A DNA stretch of 63,490 bases, filler included, from Lenisia limosa (taxonomy: Eukaryota; Protista; Breviatea): NCBI GenBank assembly GCA_001655205.1. It is 12 parts of 12 records of this genome, joined end to end, with 100 filler letters (N's around TTAATTAATTAA, not from the genome) between each part and the next. Parts side by side here need not be neighbours in the genome. Positions count along the whole stretch, not along the records: positions 10,609 to 37,342 come from LPNZ01007839.1; 11 more parts are not named here. One strand, written 5' to 3'. The notes beneath the pieces are model-generated. The model ran no database searches and had not been told where the DNA came from. It saw nothing but the letters and a program-made list of their open reading frames with translations. Of this stretch, positions 12,031-24,760 are shown piece after piece. Each line of letters begins with the position of its first letter. The first letter of the stretch is position 1. Position numbers and translations under genes: made by a program.

Positions 12031-14710
12031 ATGTGATGAGGCATTGACGTCCGCCCCATGTTCGATTAAAAGTTTAACACATTCCAAATGGCCAGTGCGC
12101 GCGGCTCTGACCAGAATGGGTGTGCCCTTTTGTGTTAATAGAATGGGGAGTGTTTCCTTATGTAAGAAACAAGACAGTTGTGGAAACTATTAAATGTGGG
12201 GGTGGTAGGGGTTAAAAGGAACAAGCAGATATTTAAATTAGCAATTAGATTCGTCATACGCTGTTATTGACAACTTCCGTGTCAGCTTCGTTGTCTAGTA
12301 GGAGACGTGCTATATGAGGGTGTCCAAATTCACAGGCAAAAACGAGGGCTGTTGATCCCTAAATAATTACATATTTCTAAGGCTCTATGCAATTAATTTG
12401 TTGAAGAGATTCGATGAAACAATTTGAAATGAATGTGTTTGAAATGGGGTTCCCATTATAATATATATACTACATGTATATACGTATCGAAACAAGACAG
12501 TTGTGGAAACTATGAAATTTTGGGGGTGGAATGGGTTAAAAGATAGATTAATATGAGAAATGCTATCTCTTCTGATATCCCAAGTTTGATACCCCTCCCC
12601 CCCACCTCTTCGTCCTTGCAATGGACATCAGCCCCGTTCATCATGAGGATTCTACAGGCCTCCAGATGACCTTCTAAGGCAGCTTCATGCAGAGCTGTAA
12701 GGCCCTCCACTCCACGTGTTCCCTGAAGGGTAAGAAGAGGAGGGGGGGGGGGGAGTAATGAGGTAAGGTTGAAAATATGACAATAAAAGAGATGTTATAT
12801 CATAATATGTAGCAAAATTGCAAAAAGGCATGAAAAAACGTGCATGTATAGCACTACTATCCTAGTATACCATACATATTATATGTATAATATATCATAA
12901 TAGAGTCGAGTGCATTTACTATCTCGAGAAGCCTCCCACCTCCCACCCCCCATCACGTTTACAAAGGATGCTAATTATAGTTAAATTCACCAATGATTTG
13001 CTTTCCAACTCCAACCTTTATCAGTTTCTTCCCGTCATCAACAGTGCTAAAGAAGGGTATGGCTCCCTATAAAGCAGGAATAAGAGGGGATTCTATCAGA
13101 AACTGGTAGGGCTTCACTTTGGTTCGAAAAGAGTCTGAATTTCTCGATAAATCCTCCAAAACTATCGATATTTTACGTCTTTTTCGAACCGAAGTGAAGC
13201 CCTTGAAAATGTAAACAACAATGTATCCCTAAATAGCGGAAATAAGAGGTTCTATATGACATAAACAAAAATGTAATTAAGAAAATCCATTCAACCACCA
13301 CCAACAAAAATGGTACTATTCACATCAGTGCCGGTTTCAAGATGATGAAGAATGCCTTCGACACTCCCAGCCAAAGCAGCTTCATGAAGGCTGCCAAACT
13401 GAAGCGTTAAAATATCGGCAGTTTACTTATCATTATGTTGTTTTATGATTTATAATCAAACCATTGGGTTTCACTTCGGTTCGAAAAAAGACAAAGTTTC
13501 TCAATAAATCCTCGAAAACTATCAATATTTCACTGGTCTTGTCTTTCTCGAACCGAAGAAATACATAATAGAAATAATCACATGGTTGTGATCCCCTCCC
13601 CCCCTCTCAGTGATGACCGCTGGTAATATTAGCTTTGCAATAGCTTGGGCTTCTCCACAGTCCCAAAAAAGACAGATTTTCTCGACGAATCCTCGATAAA
13701 TAACGATATTTTCACGGTTTTTTCGGACTGAAGGGAAGCCAATAGCTATTCCCCCATATTGTTTAATATTAGCTTTGTCATCAATATTCCCCCATATTGT
13801 TTAATATTTGCTTTGCCATATTACCCCACATTGACAGTGCTGTCCAAGTCGGTGCAACTTGAAGATCGGCTTGAAGTGACATCTGAACCAGGTCAATTAG
13901 TGCTGCTCCGAGTTCAACAACAGTTCGAAAATAAGGAAGAGTCAAAATACAAAAAGACAAAAAAAAGTATGTCAGGTGTTTGGATTTGTCGTCTATTACA
14001 AATCATAAAATCTGTGGGCAAAATTCAGCATAATACAAGAATCCGCCTTGAGAATCACCCCCCCCCCCCNNNNNNNNNNNNNNNNNNNNNNNNNNNNNNN
14101 NNNNNNNNNNNNNNNNNNNNNNNNNNNNNNNNNNNNNNNNNNNNNNNNNNNNNNNNNNNNNNNNNNNNNNNNNNNNNNNNNNNNNNNNNNNNNNAATAGT
14201 TTACCGGGTTTTTTCGAACCGAAGTAAAGCCCTTACACAAGCCCAGATTATCCGTCGCACCTTCCTTGTCAATTCGGATCTCTTTCCTCGCGGAACCGGC
14301 AAAGCTTTCATTGAGCCTCCAATCAGTGGTTTCTCCGGCCTCATTACTAAGAGGTCTTTTCAGTGGCGATTGTACCTGAGGGTCTACGGGAGTTATTTGT
14401 GGCTAACAAAGGAATATCAGACATTAACAAAATAACAATAAAATACATCATACAATCAACACACCCTCTTAATTGATTTCGCTCTACATGAAAATTTTAG
14501 AAATGGGTGAAGCCAAAGGCAACATTAAGCTAAGTTTATCCAACTCAAACGTTAACCGTTTGGAGGGTTCGCTAAAACAAGTATGATCTGACAAGTTCTA
14601 TTGTCCAGGGGGTAAATACAAGTCAACACGAAAAAACCCCTAATTTCTTATGCTACCCACTGTGTTTTCTCACCATTGCCATCCTGATGACTTGGGTCCG
14701 CTGGTGGCAT
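12031..14710 (-). CDS. Ankyrin-repeat protein (3' end uncertain)
   Basis: ATG at 14710. Exons encode FGSLHEAALAGSVEGILHHLETGTDVN, GLTALHEAALEGHLEACRILMMNGADVHCKD, GSTALVFACEFGHPHIARLLLDNEADTE and GTPILVRAARTGHLECVKLLIEHGADVN. Confidence 0.9.
13107..13204. mobile_element. MITE family A copy
   Basis: Full palindrome; flanks GAAACTGG / GAAAATGT (6 of 8 match). Confidence 0.8.
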
Positions 14711-14940
14711 CTCTTGTATCCCTTACACCTCCAAAAAAGGAACCATCACTGCCTAACACGTTGTCAACTCAGCTCTTCCCAAAACATGTGTATCAAAGCA
14801 TCCAAAAGCATAGGATGAGAAAGAGAAGCAGGAGAGGTAGTTGCAGCAAGAAGGAATAAAGAAGACCCGGGTCCTACTATTACAAAAAGGGTGCTATTTA
14901 TAGTGTTTTTTATACTGTTTGAAAAGCCTCTTTCCTTATC

Positions 14941-17900
14941 ATGGCTATTGGGGATAACTTTTATCATGATGATGATGGCTGCATCGATTGGATTAGCAAG
15001 TATTTTAGCGAATGTGTCATGACAGACCGAGAAGTGATCTCCTTTGGCGTTGGTCTACTCTCTGTTGGATCATGGATTGTTTCTCAGATGCCGTAAGGGG
15101 GATAGAATGCTGAAAAGAGCTCAGTTTTTAACGATGGTTCTGTTGCCTGTCGTTTTTACTTACCACCTTAGGCAAATATGGGAAAACTACCGTAAGAAAA
15201 ATGGTTCTTCGCTTTCAATGGGCTTCATTATCCAGTGGTGAGCAAAGATTCCTCTAAACATGCCTATCTCACCATTGAGAGTCCCCTTTAATCCGCCAAT
15301 TATTTCAAAATTGTACATGTAATGATATTCAATGGCCAATGTCTCTTCTTCATTTCCCTAACTCACTTCCACTAAATGTTGAGAACATTCTATGGGACAT
15401 TATTGTGCGTTATCTCTTGGCAAAGAATAACACCAGAATATTTGATAGTATTTTTGGAAAGATATTTATATTCACTTTTGGTTGAAATTATTTTTGGATT
15501 GGTACTTTTATTCCCTTTTTATTGTGAAAGTCTCATTTTCCTTGAGTTTGGAACTTGGTGTTTGTCAACATAGGGTGAGTAACAAAAAGTTAAACGAGAA
15601 TAGTGCATTGAGAGATTGCTTGGGGTAATGGGTTTTTTTTTTTTTTGATGGTATTGTGAGTGATGGTTTNNNNNNNNNNNNNNNNNNNNNNNNNNNNNNN
15701 NNNNCCTCCTCAAATATTGCTCTTGTGTAGTCTGTCTTTAGCTAGTAAAACCAGTAAACGTTTGAATCTGTCTCCCCTCAGTATAAATGTACTTTGAGGT
15801 GCAATAATTATTCAGGTTTGTTGGAGATTCGTTCAATCTTGCAGGAGCCTACCTTTGTCAACAGCTTGCTACACAGGTTGGTTCCGTGGCGATGAAATAC
15901 TTCAGAGAAATCCGTGGATACTGTTAACAGAGTGAAGCCTGGAACCTGTCGTTATAATAAGGGTTATATGGTCGAATGGAGATCACCTGAAAGACATCCT
16001 ACCATGGCATCCTTTATTAATATCGACTACATGCATCCCCTCAATTCAATTGTCATTACGTACACATTTTATGTCAGCATCACGCCTCTTTCTGTTAACT
16101 GCACCAGATCTACCTTGCATGGTTCTTTGTCCTTTCCATCATTGTACTGATCGGTCAAAACTACTACTACTTGGCGAGGCAGCGCCGTATCGATGCGAGG
16201 GCGTCTAAGGTCACAGAGAAGACCCCTATCATGGCGTGAGAGGATGGGTGTCACCTGTTGATTATGCGTATCATGCAATTTATCCTGCTGTTTCGCGTAT
16301 ATATAGCATTCATAAGCTTTTTATCGCGTATAACAAAGCGACTGGCCGGTGCTATGTTTAATTTGCTGTTTTTTTTTGTTTTTTTTTTCAACCCGTGGTT
16401 TTCTCAAATACTTTGCCAACAGAGTTGATGATGGAGGTTTGTTTTGTTAATTTTTAATGCCCCCCCCCCCCNNNNNNNNNNNNNNNNNNNNNNNNNNNNN
16501 NNNNNNNNNNNNNNNNNNNNNNNNNNNNNNNNNNNNNNNNNNNNNNNNNNNNNNNNNNNNNNNNNNNNNNNNNNNNNNNNNNNNNNNNNNNNNNNNNNNN
16601 NNNNNNNNNNNNNNNNNNNNNNNNNNNNNNNNNNNNNNNNNNNNNNNNNNNNNCTAATCACGAACCGAATAATCTACAACTCCAAGTAAAATTGGAAAAT
16701 TTATGGGGGGTGTATAATATCGATAATTTTCGAAGATTTATCGAGAAATTCATTCTTTTTTAATCGAAGTTAAGCCCTAGGGGTAATGTTCTCTCTTGGT
16801 GGAGAGAGGGTCTTGGGGCTCGGGGGTATCAGCGTCTGTAGTTTAAAAATAAACAGTGGTCTTGGGGCTCGGGGTAGGGAATGTATACATCGGTATTTGA
16901 TATTATGTACACTAATATTTATATTGAAGCTATTCTCTGACCCTCCCCTAGGAAAAAGAGGAAATGGATCGCAGTTCTTGGCAATTTGAGCTTGGACAAT
17001 TCCTTGGTTACATTTCCGCACTTATTTATATCAGCTCAAGGTTCCCCCAGATCAAATTAAATGTAGGAAAAGCCCAGTAATGGCAAATGGTTGGGTGACT
17101 TAATAGTATCACACCCGCAATGACTCTTATGGCGGTGTGAACGATTTTTTGTCTCAGGCTTGTAAAACCTCTTTTGAAATTTCTCGTTCACACACGATCA
17201 CAGCATACCGTTTCAATATTATCAAACAGTGGTTATCTTCATGATCCAGCGCCATACAGTGAGTGGGATAAGTCCTGACCGCTTTGCTATGATTTCCCAA
17301 GGAAAAGCGGTCAAGGCTTATCCCGGTCAGGATAATCTGTCAAAGATTTATCCCAGTCACTGTATGAAAATCCATCTGTCTTTGGTTGTTTATTTGTCAT
17401 CATCTTCGCACATGTTAACAGTATACCATTTCAATATTATATCAAAACAGTGGTTATCTTCATGCTCTAACGCTGTATGAAAATCCATCTTGATCGATTT
17501 TTTGTCATCTTCTGACTCTTTAGATCAAAAGGCAGTCTGTCCAGGGCCTTGCTGTTGGAATGTTCATTTTAGGCGTTTTAGGTGGGATACTCTCACATCT
17601 GATAATATCAAAACTTCTATAGGCCTGGTAATAATAGGAATGAGATAAAACACTCTATATTCTTATAAACTTTGATGGTGTGAATGGCCTCCGCTCATTG
17701 TCACAATTTTGATGTTCAATAGCTGAATATTCCACGTATCACCTTCACTACCTTTGCAGATGGCTTCGGCCAGATTATTCTTCCTTTTATCATGATATTC
17801 ATTAACTTTTCTATGCAATATGGTAACTTTTCTGCAACTTACTTTATTCTCTTAGGTAACTTCTTCTATGCAGCTTCCATCTTCATTTGGTCTCTCGAAA

Positions 17901-18177
17901 CAGACTACCTCATCCGTTCGGCCTCTTGGATTCTTGGATCCGTAGCGACCATGCTTCTTGACCTCTTCATCTTGATCCAAGTACGGGGGAAACGAAGGAA
18001 TTTCTATGAAGAGTGTTAGCACCTATTTTGCTATTGTTGAATCAGCCTATTAAACTTTCACGTTTTCTGTTCCTAATTCTGCAGTTTGTGTACTACACTC
18101 GCAAGAACAAGAAGAGGGGCTATGATCCCGCCACTGTCGTCATCAACAGCGATGATGATAAGGAGGACAAGGTGTAA
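14941..18177 (+). CDS. PQLC2: PQ-loop lysosomal/vacuolar cationic amino-acid transporter (PQLC2/Ypq-like)
   Basis: MAIG...GCIDWISKYFSECV...SWIVSQMPQIWENYRKKNGSSLSMGFIIQWFVGDSFNLAGA...LIYISSRFPQIKLNIKRQSVQGL...LGNFFYAASI...WILGSVATMLLDLFILIQFVYY; two PQ loops, TAA at 18175-18177. Confidence 0.92.
17257..17362. mobile_element. MITE family C copy
   Basis: TA|CAGTG...CACTG|TA. Confidence 0.8.
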
Positions 18178-18500
18178 TGGTTATGTGTTGTATGTATATG
18201 GAGGGTATTAGAGTATAGAAGTCTAATGCATGGGTCTTTGATTTCAGTTCAGCCATGGAGTGCTAATTACTGATATCTTTCATAACAAGCGAAGAAATAT
18301 CATAAGATACATTATCAAACAGAATACAATCTCCAATTTCGCTGCTACCTTGAATCAGGGAGTGTAACGTATGAGTGGCATATCATTTCAATTTTTTGCT
18401 TTAAAAAAACACATCTTTTCCTCTCTGAAAACCCCAAGTTTTTTTTTCCTGCGAGGTGGAAAAGTTAATTCCTAAATGATTTATCAAATCAACCTGTGAG

Positions 18501-20685
18501 TTAGAGTTCGACACCAGCATGCTCCTTAATAGCGACGGTGGCTGCAGAAAGGAAGTCGTCAAGTGTAGTGTTGTTGAGGACTGTGGCCTTGGCCATGTTC
18601 ATGGTCTGAAGGGTGACACACTATTAAACTTGATACATTCTCTGCTTTGCTTTATTTTTCCACCAATAATATTGATATTTATCGAAAGATTTATGGATAA
18701 ATTCAGCCATTTATTATTGGAGCCTCCACTATCATGAAGTCGTTTTATGTATCCTTTTCAATTTCAAAGCAGTTGTATGACTCCCCCTTACGGGTCTCAG
18801 ACGCTGTCCATGCTCTTGCTCGTTGTTCATTTCCCTCTCTTCGTCGCGGACAAAGTCTACAGAGTTAGACTGAAACAGGGACAAAGTCTACAGAGACTGA
18901 AGCAGGGACAAAGTCTACAGAGTAATACTGAAACAGGGAATAAAAAAGCCCAAACTACGGGCTTCCGCATCAACCGTCCATAAGCCCCTTCCACCCTCAA
19001 AAGATGCCGAATCTCCAACACGACCACGAGACTTCAGACGCTCGTAACGCAGCTAATGATGGTGTCAAAAGCAGTTGTATGAAGTCATATTGTATCTCCA
19101 ACGTATTTATCGTCCTAACAACAAAAACAACTTCGTTCTGTCTTGAGTTTCACTTCATTTCGAAAAAAAGACTGAACTTATCGGTAAATCCTTGAAAACT
19201 ATCGATATTTTACCAGTCTTTTACGAACCGAAGTGAAGCCCAAGCTCTGTCACAATCAATAATATTTCACTGTATTTTTGGGTCAAAGGAAAGCCCCAGA
19301 TGGCGCAAATGTTATGATTAAGCTGAGAACAAAAAAAATATGCAATAGGTATGAGAAATGTAAAAAAAAGAGGGGGGGGGGGGCTGCTCAAGTGAAAATT
19401 AGTCCTTATACCACCATCACAAAAACATGTCAAAACAATCGAAAAAAATATCCCTTTTTTGATGCATTATTCTTCCGTAAATTGAAAGAGAAGAATAAAA
19501 AAGCTTGACAAAGGTTTACCTTGTTGTCAGCATCAAAAGCAAAAAGACTGAAGCCTTCAAGGGTGGATAAAGCTTCAACTTCAGCAGGTTGTCTGGAGAG
19601 GGTGAAAACCTGGCTTGATCGAAGGACAAAAGAACATTAAAAGAGCGTAACTTGCGTGATTTAGATTTAGTTTATTAAAAGTAATTATTGTGATACGTGA
19701 CAAATCCTCTAACCGGAACCTGCTTTAAGAAATACAGAAAAAAAGAAGAAGACATTTATCGATATATAAACAATATAGAGAGAGTGGGTGGAAGTCCCCT
19801 AATTTCGTGGTTTATTGTAAGGATCGAAATGGCTCATAGGTACCAGATTTATCTCTGTAGTTTTATCTGAGAATTGGACTATTTCATCATACACTGACCG
19901 CGATAAGTCCTGATACGGATACTGAGCTTTATCTTTAGTCAATCGTGTCAGCCCCGGACAATAACGCCTCTCGGAATAAATAGTGCCAACCTGATGGAGT
20001 CAACAACAAAGTTCTGTGTAGGGTTCTCAAGAATGTGTTCCTTCATCTTGACGCCAAGAACACCAGCGCCTCCCTCTAATCATCATGAAAACGTGGCTCG
20101 GAGAACAATGACCCATGCTGTTCACCAGTCATTTTGGGAATAGCTAAGGGAGAGACCAAAAATGTAGAAGAAAAACGCCACCAAATGGAAACCAACCTTC
20201 ACGAAGCTTGTTGCCAGTGGCAAAGAGGGTGTCCCTGTCACAGTGAGAAGAAAGTGAAGCGTTGTTCAAATAGAATTGTCTCCAGACTAGCATCAATCCC
20301 CCCCCTCCCCTTATGTGTATAATCAATGGTAAAATGACACCTTTCACCCCACCTTGACTCAGTAAGTCCAAGACGAGCGATCTCCTTACTGAATTGTCAG
20401 ATATAGTTGTGCGATGATGGGAAAGAGACTGGTTTCCGAGTTAAAAAATCCTATAGTTAAACTGTACATTTTTCTTGAAAAGAAAAGAAAAGAAGAGGCG
20501 AAGGGGACTCAAAAAATGTACTATGAGGAATGCAAAATCTTTTTCCTTTGGAATTTGCCACAAATAGCATACCGAATCATGTTAGAAAGGGACATGAAGA
20601 CGAAACCCTTCTTTTCGAGGTGAGCACCGACAACTGACTTGCCGGAGGCGTTAGTGCCGCAAAGGCCAATAATCTTCTGAACCAT
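18501..20685 (-). CDS. Stand-alone P-loop kinase of the archaeal 'dephospho-CoA kinase'-annotated (UPF0200-like) / dCMP-deaminase N-terminal type, 190 aa, 8 exons
   Basis: Complete in-phase model: MVQKIIGLCGTNASGKS (Walker A)...SLSNMIR...GNKLREEGGAGVLG...VVDSIRQPAEVEAL...DADNKLRYERLKSRGRVGD...VLNNTTLDDF...EL*. Confidence 0.8.
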
Positions 20686-20991
20686 TCTTGTTGAAATCTT
20701 GACGAAATAGGATGGAAAGACTCAAAAACTTCTTTGATAAAGGGAATGGCGGCGACGCAATTTCAACTATATGTCCCCTATTGTCCCTTGATTGTCCCTA
20801 TCAAGTCCCTATTGTCCATGTGTATTAGTTTGCCCATCATTTATTATTAAATCAACCAGAAGTAGGGAAGTAGGTGGATTATGGTAATCTGTTTTTCGTT
20901 ATGTGCTCTCTGCAGAACCTCTCTTGTGCTCACCACTTTATTTTTATGTAGATATATCCGAAGTGTAGTGTATCGTGGTGACAAAATCCTG

Positions 20992-22800
20992 ATGAAGGTC
21001 TTCATTTTCCTGATTCTCCTTGCCCAGCTAGCCTTCTCTTTTGTTTTGGTAGGTGATCATTGACCTATCCCACTCTTGTGTATAATTTTGTAATAGGTAA
21101 TTTTATTGAAATAAAAGTATAAAGGCGTCTGTATATATTCGGATTCCTCTCCCTTTCTGTTTCAATTATAAAAAACAACTTTGGTCACGTTAGTAACCCC
21201 CTCACAACACCAATAGGTGTCATCAGGGGGAGAACAATCTGTGACAGTCGAGTCCCTTGTTGCAGTTGATCTCATAGCCGACCAGATCAACTCGCAGAAT
21301 ATCGTGGGTGGGGGGAGACAGGTTTGAAGAGAACTAATGGTGATATCCAATCTTTGATCTGACCACCTCATCCCATATGACACATTCCCGTCTCTTCTTA
21401 CACAATGTGTAGATTACAGTGAGTTACATTAGTAATGGCAAAAAAATTTTCCTTATAACTTGTTGCAAAAAGGTCTTATTCTCTGAAAAGTTTGTTTTGA
21501 AATATATTATATTTTTTGCACAGATTTATTTTAAACAATATTTATGACGAAAAACAAAAAAAAATACCACTTGTAGTACCATAAAAAATCAGTGCATCAA
21601 AACGCTGAAAATTTCTAGTACTTCAATTAACCTACCCCCTTGGTGGTAATGACAGCCGAAAAAACATCATGGTATTGCGTCAATCAGGTTTTTCATCTTT
21701 TGAGGTTTTCAAAACAAGCAGATTGCTGCTTTCTGATACAGAGGTGGATTTAACAAGAATCACGGTATTTGCCATCAAGTAGTAGGGCATGTTCAATTGG
21801 GGTAAGCTACAAAATGGATCAAAATTCACCTTATTTAGTGAACCCAAATTACCTGACATGTTTAAATTTGCTGAATGACAAAAATAAAATATTGTATGCC
21901 AAAAATACGAATTTCACACTTAAAAGACATATTTTGCGAAAAGTAATAAGGACAAACTTTTTGTCATTACTTATGTAACTCACTGTACAAGTGTATATGC
22001 AAAAAATAACGTATTTGTAATCTCTTCTTCAATTTATATCCCAACATATGACGAATTCTCATCTCTTCTTACACACAAGCCAGATACAACCTTATATTTG
22101 TTTTATTTCTCACTGCTGTATTATATTATATTTCGATATATGATACAGCTATATACTTAATATATATGTGTGTATATGATGTAACGTCTACCCCAATATA
22201 CAACGATATAACGTAGGCAGACTACATCAGACCTTGTGGCCACCGAGGCCGAGGTTGGCACCCTCAATGTCAAGTCCCTTCTAGTGGGGTGGGGGGTAGT
22301 TGAAGGAGAGAGGGGCGTAAAGTGAATATTTCAAGAGGACTGAGGCGCACTTGGACAATCATATTTCTTACACATTTACATTCTCGTATATTACATCATA
22401 TTAGAATGAGAATAGTACAAACGTCTAATTACCCGATTCAAGCAGCCACGGGCTCTGTACACCCCATCATTTTTTGGCATTGTCATCCTATATTTTCCGC
22501 TTGTTGGTGCCTAAACATAATTTTTTTTAGGTGGATGGTGCAACCTACGTTCCAAAGTTCAGAGGTGTGTTTAGTTCCAGCTGATCTATCAGCTTCACCT
22601 GATATTGCTCAATTGTTGGGAGAAACAGATATCATCCTATGATAAATGTGATGGTGGACGGCTTCAGCCTGATGCTTTTTCTGTCTCATTTCTATTGTAC
22701 GTGATATTGCAGTTCCTGTGCCTGGGGAGGACTATGTCGTCAAGCCATCGTTTGATGCCATCTCGGCACCACGAAATGGAGGGACACATAATATGACGGA
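20992..22800 (+). CDS. Putative secreted protein, partial model
   Basis: Signal-peptide-like exon MKVFIFLILLAQLAFSFVL followed by GT. Phase-compatible exons TTSDLVATEAEVGTLNVKSLL / VDGATYVPKFR / VPVPGEDYVVKPSFDAISAPRNGGTHNMTE. It may continue to about 24300. Confidence 0.4.
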
Positions 22801-24484
22801 AGTAAGAGGGGCGGATATCTGGGTTTGCTCTTGTTTTTTTGTATTCGAAGTTGATATTGTCGTGATCTTTCTGTCTTAAGAAGTAGGAATGTGGCTTGGT
22901 TGATATTTTGGAAATGGGAGGGAATGCAGTCTAAACAATGTTTTTTTTTTATTGCGCAGTTCTCTTTTATTATTATACAACTATCAATGTTGGAACGTAA
23001 CTTCCAGTGCTGTTGTTAATGTTCACGTGTTCAGCTTGGCTTACCCGTGCAAGCAACAGCGATGTATCTTTCCATTCATTGCTACAGTGGAAATGTCCCT
23101 TCCGCGACTAGTAGGCTTGAAATCTATTACTCTGTGAAAAAAAGTCATCATTGTTACACTAAGCTTTTCGCATTCTACCTATTTATGACAATAAAAATAT
23201 ATTGTTTCGATAAGTGTGAACCTAAGGTGCCTTATCTTGGCCCTCTTCGTCTGACTACACAGTTTTTGACTCTTACCTCTTTCCACAAGTAGTAAATATG
23301 ACCGCGTTGTTGAATATAGCAATGCTCCCAATTTCCCAGTAGGGTATAATAATGAACAAGAATAACATATGCAGGGACAAAGACGTTTCACACCGTTATG
23401 GACTCAGGCGTTTCTGCATCTTTTGTGAGGGATTTTGTCCTGGAGTAATGATAAGAGATTCAACCATTATATCTTTCCCCCATATTTTTTTTTTGAAAGT
23501 TGAGGTTTTATACTTAGCAAGGCCGCAGGGTTTAGTCATACAGTGCATGTTTCATCTCACCATTTAGCCTTACGTAATTAACACATACCCACAAGCTGCA
23601 GTAGCAAACTTACACAATTTTTTGTGGATCCCTGTTCAGGTGAGATTATTTTCTATGACTCACGATATAATAGCACACTAAGTATAGCATACGAATGAGG
23701 GTTGTCAGCTATATAGAGATACATGTATGTCAAGGCCGTCCACACCATCTCGCTGATAAGAATTGAATTATAGTATATAATATGATATATTAATTCACCC
23801 AATCATCTGCCTTGCAGCGCCTCCCCAGCATTTGATATAGTGAAGTACTTAAAGTGACCCAAATTATTTCACCTTTCCCAGAGCGACCGAACTCTGTATC
23901 ACACTGACTTTTCCCCCTCCACTGGCAACGGTAACTTACAATGCTATGTTGGCTGGGTAAAAAAAAATCACATTTGTGAATCTCAGATTTTAAGTGATGT
24001 TTACTAATATTCCGACATATTTTATAATTTTAGATCACCCTCCTTGGTTGGACTCTTTAACCTGTATCTCTTTGTAATTTATTTATTAGATCCCACATCA
24101 ATTTTTAAGAATAATTAGAGCACAGGACCACTTCTGACATTACCATCAGAGTGTATGGCCACATGTCAGATTTGCTGTTCTTGCGTTTTCTTCCAGTTTG
24201 CAAGTCATTATATATTATACATATTAAATAAGAGTCAAGAACAGTACTATGAAGACCAACTATCGCACAATCGGCTTCTGGGTCCACTACATGAAGTGAA
24301 AACAGTCCTGAAAACCCCTAGAGTCAACTTTGTTGTTAAACATGGCGAAATCACATCATTTGGATGATAATCAAGCCATATCCTGTCATACTATTTAACT
24401 TAAGGAAGGCATAACCCCCTCCACAAACCCTGTTAATATAGGCGTCAATGTCTTTGGAACCTATAAATGGTAAGGGGAATAAAT

Positions 24485-24597
24485 TAGGGCTCCATGCAAT
24501 TAATTAAATTTGACGTGTTGTAACCAGAACCTTTTCAGACACTTTAATGTCATGTTGTCAATTAATATCATTAAAAAATTAATTGCACGGAGCTCTG
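24485..24597. mobile_element. hAT-like MITE family B
   Basis: TIR TAGGGCTCCATGCAATTAATT; exact 8-bp TSD GAATAAAT. Confidence 0.85.
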
Positions 24598-24760
24598 GAA
24601 TAAATGATTGAGGTCAATAACACACAGCCTCGTGATTAGGGCTCACTTCGGTTCGAAAAATACTGATAAAATAACGATAATTTTCGAGGATTTATCGAGA
24701 AATTCAGTCTTTTTTTAAACCAAAGTGAAGCTCCCCTCGTGTTAACAAGTTTTCCCTTAC

